Virus record (IMG/VR): IMGVR_UViG_3300021335_000006
Coordinates: 62,001 to 126,000 of that record
Length of the DNA stretch: 64,000 nucleotides
Strand: one strand, 5' to 3'
Source: an uncultured virus (IMG/VR IMGVR_UViG_3300021335_000006)
Taxonomy: Duplodnaviria > Heunggongvirae > Uroviricota > Caudoviricetes
A program made the position numbers and the translations under genes. Every line of letters starts with the position of its first letter. Position 1 is the first letter of the stretch. Positions 29,845 to 37,313 of this stretch are shown piece after piece. The notes under the pieces were generated by a model, which did no database searches, was not told the DNA's origin, and worked only from the letters and a program-made list of their open reading frames with translations.

Positions 29845-30491
29845 TAGTAAAGATAACGCAATGTCCTGATAGATCCAGATGGTATTCTTCTAAGGTTGGT
29901 GAGAACTGGGAAGTATTTGACTTGCAGAATGGAGAGTATTCTTGTCGATCATCTGACGGCTATCTCAATTTCATTTTAGCATCCGACTGTGAACTAGTAG
30001 ACCCCGCTCCAGCCTCTTACATAGATGACTTGATGCAAGAAAGTCATTTGCTGGATATGACAGAAGACATTGAGATTGATGCTGAAGTAGGCGGAACAAG
30101 AGAAGCACTCGGTGTCCCGTACATGAGATTCCTTCCGCTAGAAGCACTTGCTGCAGCAGCCGCATCTTTTGAATACGGCGCTAAGAAGTATGAGTCTAGA
30201 AATTGGGAGAAGGGACTTCCATGGCAACAGATGATCGATAGCCTCAAACGACATATCGATGACTTCGAGCGAGGCATAGATCACGATGATGCTGAAGACG
30301 GATCTGGCTTACATCAGGTCTGTATGATCATGGCTAGTGCTATGATGTTGTCTGCATCTGTCATTCGTGGAATCGGAAAAGACGATAGAACGCCTCTTAT
30401 CAGTCCTACAATGACTGCTAAAGAATGTGCTAGGTGGATTGAAGATCAACTTGCGCTTGCTGATCAGCACTCAAATAAAAGTAATAAATAG
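29841..30491 (+). CDS. dATP/dGTP diphosphohydrolase domain protein (DUF5664-like) with extra N-terminal domain
   Basis: FEYGAKKYESRNWEKGLPW...SLKRH...SGLH motif. Confidence 0.8.
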   Translation: MIVKITQCPDRSRWYSSKVGENWEVFDLQNGEYSCRSSDGYLNFILASDCELVDPAPASYIDDLMQESHLLDMTEDIEIDAEVGGTREALGVPYMRFLPLEALAAAAASFEYGAKKYESRNWEKGLPWQQMIDSLKRHIDDFERGIDHDDAEDGSGLHQVCMIMASAMMLSASVIRGIGKDDRTPLISPTMTAKECARWIEDQLALADQHSNKSNK

Positions 30492-30492
30492 T
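30483..30492 (+). promoter_or_regulatory. Late-promoter-like element
   Basis: AATAAATAGT, one mismatch to the TATAAATAGT seen at other late genes in this window. Confidence 0.5.
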
Positions 30493-30519
30493 ACAGTGTA
30501 ATTAGTCATAGAGTAGATC

Positions 30520-32211
30520 ATGCCACAGTTTACTACAGAAACCACAGAAATTCTGCAAGCTTTTTCTGAGTTAGATTCCGGAATCTTTTTTGATCCCGTA
30601 AATAACTTCGACCTATTTTTAGACGACTCTAATGAAAAGGGCTTGCTCGTTTCTAATGGAGTTGTTCTTAACACTATTGGATCTGATAATCTACAGTGGA
30701 ACAATGCTGTATCTCCAGTCCCGTCAGCAGACTATCTCAATTTCTTTAATCGTCTCGAAGTCAATAATTTTATTGATATCAGTGGTGTTGGAGATTCCAA
30801 CCTCGACGGTCGATGGGAAGTTACATCGTTAACGCCAGGTGGAAATTACGTCATAGGACTTACATATACTGGCACAGTTAACGACAATCAAAACATTACA
30901 AATACTGAGTTGACGATACAAAGAGTGATTGAGTATCCGTCAAACTATTTGCTATCTAATAGCTCTAACGGCTCAATAAGCGCTCAAGCAAACATCCCCA
31001 TACAGTTTGCTAGTCTTGCTCCATTGGGAGATATAAACGGTCTATTGGCAAAGTTTACTCTTTTCGAACTTCCGTTCGTCACTTTTTCTAATCCACAAAG
31101 TAAATTTGATATAACAGAAATCCAATCTGGATCGTCTGCAAAGATAGCCTCGTTTCCGTATGGAAATGCTGCAGACATTCCAGCACAACCAGATGTATCT
31201 CAATTAGATATTTCATCTGACGAAGATGTTACTGTAACGCTGACGAACAACGATATTGACAGGATTAACAACGCTGTTAGTCAATATCAAATAGCAGAAA
31301 GCCAGCAAGGTCTCGATAGCGCAGTATCAGGTGTCACTGCGGAGTTCGATTTTTCTGGATCGTTTGAACTTACTCCAGTTGAAAACGAAAGTGGTTTAGA
31401 TCTAAGTAGTCTTCAATTTAAGTCTGAGCAGTACACTCAAGCCGTTAACGACTACACTCAAGCTGTTGATGACTACAACGCTACAAATCCAAATAGCGTT
31501 ACTGAAATCCCTGCTTTGCAAATAGGGATCAGAGGTCTTACTGGTGGAAACACAGTAACGTTTAATCTAGCGAAAGATAGCGCTGTACTATCAGATCAGT
31601 GGACAATGACTTTACCTGCACCAGGCACTCCGTTTGTAAATGACTTTACGTTTTATGTTGATGCAAGTTTCTTCTCTAAGATACTTTCTGGGATCGACTA
31701 CGAATTGATTCTTTCGAGCCTATTTGAAAGAATGCAATTGACAGGTGAGCTAACTTATGTTAATATAACATACAATCAAAGTGAATTTGATTCAAATATT
31801 TCGTCATTTAATTCTCAGGTCGAACAATTCGAAACTGACATCGAGGCGTATGAAGAGCAAAAGACTCTAGATATACAGGAAAATGATGAAAAGCTTGAAG
31901 ATGCAAAGTTTGCTCTTCGAGATGCAAAACTAGTAGCCATGGCCAATGATCTAAGTGGAAGTGGCGGAACTGGTACATACACGTATGTTGCGCCAACTCC
32001 TGCTGAAGAACTTGCTGAAGCTTTGAACAATGGATACAGCGAAACATATGAAGCTGATTACGATACTACTGGCCCTGGCGCACCGGGTAATGCGAATCCA
32101 CGTCCGAATGATCCAGCGGACCTAGTAGAGACTGACGGAGAAGATACAAGTTATATAAGTAATGTGACCTACTGGACTACAGTAGATTATGTTGATGACT
32201 CAAACCCTTAA
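30520..32211 (+). CDS. Expanded sliding-clamp (gp45) paralogue with three large insertions
   Basis: Segments aa 1-26, 141-258, 329-410 and 547-556 align by eye, in order, with the gp45 at 27216. Confidence 0.7.
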   Translation: MPQFTTETTEILQAFSELDSGIFFDPVNNFDLFLDDSNEKGLLVSNGVVLNTIGSDNLQWNNAVSPVPSADYLNFFNRLEVNNFIDISGVGDSNLDGRWEVTSLTPGGNYVIGLTYTGTVNDNQNITNTELTIQRVIEYPSNYLLSNSSNGSISAQANIPIQFASLAPLGDINGLLAKFTLFELPFVTFSNPQSKFDITEIQSGSSAKIASFPYGNAADIPAQPDVSQLDISSDEDVTVTLTNNDIDRINNAVSQYQIAESQQGLDSAVSGVTAEFDFSGSFELTPVENESGLDLSSLQFKSEQYTQAVNDYTQAVDDYNATNPNSVTEIPALQIGIRGLTGGNTVTFNLAKDSAVLSDQWTMTLPAPGTPFVNDFTFYVDASFFSKILSGIDYELILSSLFERMQLTGELTYVNITYNQSEFDSNISSFNSQVEQFETDIEAYEEQKTLDIQENDEKLEDAKFALRDAKLVAMANDLSGSGGTGTYTYVAPTPAEELAEALNNGYSETYEADYDTTGPGAPGNANPRPNDPADLVETDGEDTSYISNVTYWTTVDYVDDSNP

Positions 32212-32222
32212 GGAGATAGACT

Positions 32223-32498
32223 ATGAGTGAAGACGTAACCACCGCTGAAGCTGTAGCTGAAGCACCCACCATGCCTGAGATGGATGTACCCCCCGCACCC
32301 GGTGCTCCAGAAGGTGAACCTGTACAACTGTCGTTTGCTGACCTTGCGGCCGCTGTACAAATCATTGACGTTTTTGTAACACGTGGAGCAATCCGTGGTG
32401 AAGAAATGTCTTCAGTTGGTCAAGTGCGAGATCGTTTGCAAGCATTTGTCCAGCAAGCGCAAGCGCAACAGGAGGCTCAACAAGCCGAAGCTGCATGA
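32223..32498 (+). CDS. Conserved hypothetical protein upstream of gp44
   Basis: DLAAAVQIIDV..RGAIRGEEM..VG; AAGGAG SD. Confidence 0.8.
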   Translation: MSEDVTTAEAVAEAPTMPEMDVPPAPGAPEGEPVQLSFADLAAAVQIIDVFVTRGAIRGEEMSSVGQVRDRLQAFVQQAQAQQEAQQAEAA

Positions 32499-32593
32499 TC
32501 CTCTCCCAATCAACTTGGGAATGATAACACGGCCCCCATCTCATGTCTTCGGAATGAGCTTGGGGGTTCTTTTACAATATGATGGGGTGACAA

Positions 32594-33535
32594 ATGCAAG
32601 ACAACTTTATTTGGGTTGAACGATATCGACCTAAAACAATTCAAGATACTATCTTACCCGACTCTCTGAAAAAAACATTTCAGCAATTTGTCGATCAAAA
32701 TAATGTGCCCAATCTTCTATTGACTGGTCGTGCTGGTATTGGCAAGACTACTGTGGCCAAAGCTATGCTTGAAGAGATTGGCGCTGACTATATTACAATC
32801 AACGGTTCGATGAATGGTAACATCGATACTCTACGTGTTGAAATCGCTAACTTTGCTTCTAGTGTTTCTTTTTCCGGCGGCCGCAAGTATGTCATTCTAG
32901 ACGAAGCTGACTATCTGAATGCAAACTCTACTCAGCCTGCACTTAGAAACTTTATGGAAGAGTTTTCAAAAAACTGCGGCTTTATCCTAACTTGTAACTT
33001 TAAGAACCGTATCATTGAGCCTTTACACTCTCGTTGTAGTGTAGTTGAATTCAATGTAACTGGTGCTGATAAAACCAAACTCGCCGGACAGTTTTTTAAG
33101 CGATGCTGTAAAATACTGGAAACTGAGGATCTTGAATATGATGAAAAATCTGTTGCTGAACTTATCAAAACTTATTTTCCTGATTGGCGTCGAGTCCTTA
33201 ATGAACTACAGCGTTATTCTGCTACTGGCCGTATTGATGCTGGTATATTAGTATCAACTTCAGGCGAGTCTATTGATGACCTGATTAGTAGGATGCGTGA
33301 AAGAAACTTCACAGATGTTCGTAAGTGGGTTGCTGAGAATTCTCATGTTGAGTCAGCGGTACTCTACCGCCAACTCTATGATGTGCTACCCAGCAAACTC
33401 AAGTCTACTCAAAATGTAGCTGACGCAATTGTGATTCTCGCTGAGTATCAGTACAAAGAAGCGTTCGTTGCAAACTCCGAGATAAATAGAGTAGCGGCTC
33501 TCGCAACTCTTATGGCGGAGATGGAGTGGAAATGA
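32594..33535 (+). CDS. gp44: Clamp loader AAA+ subunit
   Basis: WVERYRP, GRAGIGKT, ILDEAD, HSRC and YFPDWRR motifs. Confidence 0.97.
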   Translation: MQDNFIWVERYRPKTIQDTILPDSLKKTFQQFVDQNNVPNLLLTGRAGIGKTTVAKAMLEEIGADYITINGSMNGNIDTLRVEIANFASSVSFSGGRKYVILDEADYLNANSTQPALRNFMEEFSKNCGFILTCNFKNRIIEPLHSRCSVVEFNVTGADKTKLAGQFFKRCCKILETEDLEYDEKSVAELIKTYFPDWRRVLNELQRYSATGRIDAGILVSTSGESIDDLISRMRERNFTDVRKWVAENSHVESAVLYRQLYDVLPSKLKSTQNVADAIVILAEYQYKEAFVANSEINRVAALATLMAEMEWK

Positions 33536-33748
33536 ATGGGCATATGGGCTAAGATAAAAAGCTGGATCTTTGGAATACACTGTCTTTTGTGTAGAACAAA
33601 ACTCGATCCCACGAGTGAGTATGTCATAGTCCAATATAGGTGTCTAGATGGCTATGATAATCTTTATCTTTGTACTGAGTGTGCAAAAGATTTTGATGAA
33701 GCCGCATTTGATAGCAATACAGATCCGTCCGCTTTCATTGATATATGA
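33536..33748 (+). CDS. Hypothetical zinc-finger protein
   Basis: CLLC...CTEC. Confidence 0.6.
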   Translation: MGIWAKIKSWIFGIHCLLCRTKLDPTSEYVIVQYRCLDGYDNLYLCTECAKDFDEAAFDSNTDPSAFIDI

Positions 33749-34572
33749 AGTATGTAACTCTGCTTACAGCTATTGCGATAGCGGCAGTAGCGGGATACTT
33801 CTCTATCATTGGATTGTCTACAATCTTTGCTGGTGCTTTCTGGGCTGTTGTTATTATGGCGACAGTGCTAGAGATAGGTAAACTTGTTACTGCCGCATAT
33901 CTTCATCTAGAGTGGAAAGATATAAGTACATGGATTAGGACTTATCTAATATCAGCAGTATTTGTCCTGATGATTATCACTTCAATGGGTATCTTTGGAT
34001 ATCTATCGAAGGCTCACTTAGAGCAGACAATAAATCAAGGTGGTAATAATGAATTACTTATCAGCGGCCTCGAGAGAAAGATTGAAAGACAGCAATCGAT
34101 CATCGATGACTCCGAAACGGTCTTGGCGCAACTCGACTCTGCGGTTGAAATACTGCAAGACTATGACCGAATTAGAGGACCTGATGGAGCAATTGCGGTT
34201 CGGAAGGCGCAAGCAGAGGAAAGGACAGAACTCAACAGAACAATCGGATTGGCGTATGATCAGATTGCAGGATTCCAAGAACAACTTCTGCCCCTGCAGA
34301 AACAAACTCTTGAACTTGAAGCAGAAATCGGCCCAATCAAATACATAGCAGAACTAATTTACGGAGAGAACTATGACATCGATAATGCGGTTCGTTTCGT
34401 TATTCTTTTACTTGTGTTTGTTTTCGACCCCTTGGCGATTATACTATTGATAGTATCGACAGCAATGTTCAAACGTGATATCATTGCTAAACCCGAAGTA
34501 AAAAAAAAGTTGAAGACGGACAACTCAATGAATCCGTTAGTGAGCGAACAACAAATTATGGTGATGGAATGA
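33745..34572 (+). CDS. Membrane protein with coiled coil
   Basis: Three N-terminal hydrophobic helices, ITSMGIFGYLS, GPIKYIAE and FVFDPLA. Confidence 0.8.
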   Translation: MKYVTLLTAIAIAAVAGYFSIIGLSTIFAGAFWAVVIMATVLEIGKLVTAAYLHLEWKDISTWIRTYLISAVFVLMIITSMGIFGYLSKAHLEQTINQGGNNELLISGLERKIERQQSIIDDSETVLAQLDSAVEILQDYDRIRGPDGAIAVRKAQAEERTELNRTIGLAYDQIAGFQEQLLPLQKQTLELEAEIGPIKYIAELIYGENYDIDNAVRFVILLLVFVFDPLAIILLIVSTAMFKRDIIAKPEVKKKLKTDNSMNPLVSEQQIMVME

Positions 34573-34961
34573 ATCCTTTTGATTATGTGAACTCGATCAC
34601 GCATTCGAAGAAAAATTTAATGCGTGATACTGAAAACGACACACTTGCTGAACGTGGCTATGAGCCATGGCTTTCAAACAACGCACTGTCTTACTTTCCG
34701 GACACCGTTTTACATGCTAATCTTATGAACATGTATAGCGATCTGGATAATCGTCCACAATTCGAATTTTTACTAAATAGTATTAGACCTAGAAAGAGAT
34801 TTTCTAAGTGGATAAAGAAAAGTGATAACGAAGACTTGAAAGCAATATGCGATCATTATCAATGCAACGAAACGGTTGGCCGAGAGTACTTGTCTTTGTT
34901 ATCGTCTGAACAAATAGACGCTATTAAAAAAGAACAAGAACAAGGCGGTTTAAAAAGATGA
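34569..34961 (+). CDS. gp62: Clamp loader small subunit
   Basis: MNPFDYVNSI, LSYFPDT and RPRKRFSKW motifs. Confidence 0.93.
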   Translation: MNPFDYVNSITHSKKNLMRDTENDTLAERGYEPWLSNNALSYFPDTVLHANLMNMYSDLDNRPQFEFLLNSIRPRKRFSKWIKKSDNEDLKAICDHYQCNETVGREYLSLLSSEQIDAIKKEQEQGGLKR

Positions 34962-35356
34962 CGTTATTGATTGAAGATATGGTTGAAGTCTCTTTAACTC
35001 ATGAAGAGAATTTTTTAAAAGTTAAGGAAACCTTAACGAGAATTGGTATTGCTTCTAAGAAGGATAGAAAGCTATACCAATCTTGTCACATCCTGCACAA
35101 GCAAGGAAAGTATTACATCGTTCATTTTAAAGAACTCTTTATGTTGGACGGCAAGGCGCACGATTTTTCAGAAGACGATTGCGCAAGAAGAAACACAATT
35201 GTTACTCTACTTCAAGAATGGGGGTTGATTAAGGTCGTTCGACCCGAAATGATTTCTTCACCTTCTGCCCCTTTATCACAAATCAAGATACTCCCACATA
35301 AAGAAAAGAGCGAGTGGGAACTTGTTGCTAAATATAGCATTGGTAAAAAACGATAA
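34958..35356 (+). CDS. regA: Translational repressor RegA
   Basis: FLKVKETLTRIGIAS...LYQSCHILHKQGKYYIVHFKELF. Confidence 0.97.
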   Translation: MTLLIEDMVEVSLTHEENFLKVKETLTRIGIASKKDRKLYQSCHILHKQGKYYIVHFKELFMLDGKAHDFSEDDCARRNTIVTLLQEWGLIKVVRPEMISSPSAPLSQIKILPHKEKSEWELVAKYSIGKKR

Positions 35357-35366
35357 GGAGAAAGCC

Positions 35367-35654
35367 ATGTTGTGGGACATCATTGTAATTTTGTTCGTAT
35401 CGGGTCTTGTTTTTGGACTCGGATATGTAGCTTGGGTTTGGAACATGAAGGGCCTCGAAGGTGTAGTAGACAAGGCCGAAGAAATCGCAGAAGAAGTAGA
35501 AGAAGCGATTGACGATCTTGAGGATCTTGGTGATAAGCTCAAGAAGATGACTAAAGCAGAACTCGAAGAGTTTGCGCATACGCTTGGTATCAAAGTTGAC
35601 AAGCGTAAGAAAAAAGATGATATGATTAAAAAGATTGTAGACGAAAAAAAATAA
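35367..35654 (+). CDS. Hypothetical membrane-anchored protein with Rho-N/HeH-like C-terminus
   Basis: ATG at 35367 after AAGGAG; N-terminal TM segment; KMTKAELEEFA..LGI..KKKDDMI. Confidence 0.7.
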   Translation: MLWDIIVILFVSGLVFGLGYVAWVWNMKGLEGVVDKAEEIAEEVEEAIDDLEDLGDKLKKMTKAELEEFAHTLGIKVDKRKKKDDMIKKIVDEKK

Positions 35655-36017
35655 ATGTACGAATATAAGTGCATCATTAAAAGAGTACTCGATGGCGACA
35701 CAGTTGATGTCGATATCGATTTAGGATTTGGAGTGTGGTTACGTGGACAGCGAATTCGTTTTTATGGAATCGATGCCCCCGAAACTAGAACTCGTGATTT
35801 AGAAGAGAAGGCTCGTGGCCATGTAGCACGAGATTTCGTCTCTCAATTCTTACCAGTCGAATCTATTCAAACACTAATCAGCAGAAAAGATGAAACTGGA
35901 AAGTACGGTCGCATACTTGGCGACTTTGTAGTATACGATGCTGTTTGGGATGCTCAAAGAAACTTGACAGAACTTCTATTGCGTGAAGGTCTTGTCGAGG
36001 TTTATGAATCTAAATAA
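35655..36017 (+). CDS. Thermonuclease (SNase-like)
   Basis: RVLDGDTVDV, RFYGIDAPE and GKYGRILG motifs. Confidence 0.9.
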   Translation: MYEYKCIIKRVLDGDTVDVDIDLGFGVWLRGQRIRFYGIDAPETRTRDLEEKARGHVARDFVSQFLPVESIQTLISRKDETGKYGRILGDFVVYDAVWDAQRNLTELLLREGLVEVYESK

Positions 36018-36029
36018 GCAGTAAAATCG

Positions 36030-36037
36030 TATAAATA
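36030..36037 (+). promoter_or_regulatory. T4-type late promoter
   Basis: Exact TATAAATA upstream of the hsp20 leader. Confidence 0.8.
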
Positions 36038-36043
36038 AGAAGC

Positions 36044-36132
36044 GATGACAGGGCGATCTTGTCATCCACATCAGTGCGGAATGGTCCGGCTGAGAGACAA
36101 CAACCTTGCTTAATATAAGGAGGCAAAAAATG
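36044..36132 (+). promoter_or_regulatory. ROSE-like RNA thermometer in hsp20 5' UTR
   Basis: Three hairpins; the last pairs CCUUGCUUA with the SD UAAGGAGG, leaving a bulged G. Confidence 0.65.
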
Positions 36133-36555
36133 GTTAATACCCGAACTAAAATGTTTACATTCCCCCATTCACGTTTCATAGGATTTGATCACGTATGGGA
36201 TGAGATTGAGAAACTTACCGCCGTCGGTGCTAACGAGAAAGGATTCCCTAGGCACAATATCGTAAAGCATGATGACACAAACTATTCGATGGAGTTTGCT
36301 TTAGGTGGTTACAAGAGAAAAGATCTGGAAATTGAAGTCCAGCCTGGCGTTCTCATTATTCGAGGTAATCCAGACGAAGACACTAAGCAATATCTTCACA
36401 AAGGTATTACTACGAAAAAGTTCGTAGAAACATTTAGACTCGCTGACCATGTTGTCGTTGATGGAGCTGAATTCGTCAACGGTTTACTAGTCATTAGTTT
36501 GAGAGTTGAACTGCCCGAAGAACAGCGTCCGAGAAAGATCGAAATTAAAATCTAA
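36130..36555 (+). CDS. hsp20: Small heat shock protein (Hsp20/IbpA-like)
   Basis: FIGFD, FPRHNI, YLHKGI, NGLLVI and PRKIEI; ATG at 36130 after AAGGAGG. Confidence 0.95.
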   Translation: MVNTRTKMFTFPHSRFIGFDHVWDEIEKLTAVGANEKGFPRHNIVKHDDTNYSMEFALGGYKRKDLEIEVQPGVLIIRGNPDEDTKQYLHKGITTKKFVETFRLADHVVVDGAEFVNGLLVISLRVELPEEQRPRKIEIKI

Positions 36556-36575
36556 TCTCAAAAGGACACTGATAA

Positions 36576-36911
36576 ATGAAAAAAGAACTATTTGCCGCAT
36601 GTAGCGGTGTGGTATTCGCTGGCTTAATGTTAGCTCAACCTGTATTAGCTGTAGAATCATACACAGCAAAACTCAACGAAGAAGGCAAATTTTGTGCTAC
36701 AGTAAAAGTCGCCCAGCCGGGTGGATTTTTTATTCGTCGCATGAAGTGTCGTTCTTTGGAAGAGTGGGAAGCTAAGGGATATGAGGTTTCGTATCCAGAA
36801 GGTTTGTCTCCAGAAGAAGTGGCGGCATCTATGAGTGATAGTATTCTCTTAGATTTGGATAAAAGTCTTTTGGCACAAATCAAAGCATCCCTGCAGGTAG
36901 GTAGATCATGA
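36576..36911 (+). CDS. Hypothetical exported protein
   Basis: Signal-peptide-like N-terminus (MKK...PVLA) and a Cys pair. Confidence 0.7.
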   Translation: MKKELFAACSGVVFAGLMLAQPVLAVESYTAKLNEEGKFCATVKVAQPGGFFIRRMKCRSLEEWEAKGYEVSYPEGLSPEEVAASMSDSILLDLDKSLLAQIKASLQVGRS

Positions 36912-37060
36912 AACTAACCCTTTCTGAAAAGCTATCAGCGATTGCTGTATGCACATTTCTAATTGGGTGTATGGTGGCTGGCTTTTATGGACACATTATG
37001 TATCCGGAGTTGTATATGAATGCTACTCCAATGCCATATGTCTATACTCCCATAATTTAA
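36908..37060 (+). CDS. Small membrane protein (50 aa, not in ORF track)
   Basis: MKLTLSEKLSAIAVCTFLIGCMVAGFYG...; ATGA overlap with the upstream gene. Confidence 0.55.
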   Translation: MKLTLSEKLSAIAVCTFLIGCMVAGFYGHIMYPELYMNATPMPYVYTPII

Positions 37061-37139
37061 ATGTGAATAGAGGTTTTTGTGACGTTCCTCGACCGTTGGT
37101 AAGGTCGCTAAAAACGTCACGCAACTCTTAAGGTAGACG

Positions 37140-37253
37140 ATGTTTAACATAAGCGACACGGCTAAAAGATTAGCAATTTTAGGAATAGTTATACTTCCGT
37201 GGGAACTAGCACTCATCTACTTCTTTACTACAACCGTAGAGAAACTTATATAA
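37140..37253 (+). CDS. Small membrane protein (37 aa, not in ORF track)
   Basis: MFNISDTAKRLAILGIVILPWELALIYFF...; TAAGGT SD. Confidence 0.5.
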   Translation: MFNISDTAKRLAILGIVILPWELALIYFFTTTVEKLI

Positions 37254-37257
37254 ATGG

Positions 37258-37287
37258 TTGACATGTCCCCCATGTCTACTATATAAT
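37258..37287 (+). promoter_or_regulatory. Sigma70-type promoter for gp43
   Basis: TTGACA-N18-TATAAT. Confidence 0.65.
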
Positions 37288-37313
37288 GTGGAAAACATTT
37301 TGAGGAATCTATC

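Noticed and set aside
29841..30491. 2-aminoadenine (Z) genome
   Set aside because: No purZ in the window; DUF5664 and MazG alone are not diagnostic.
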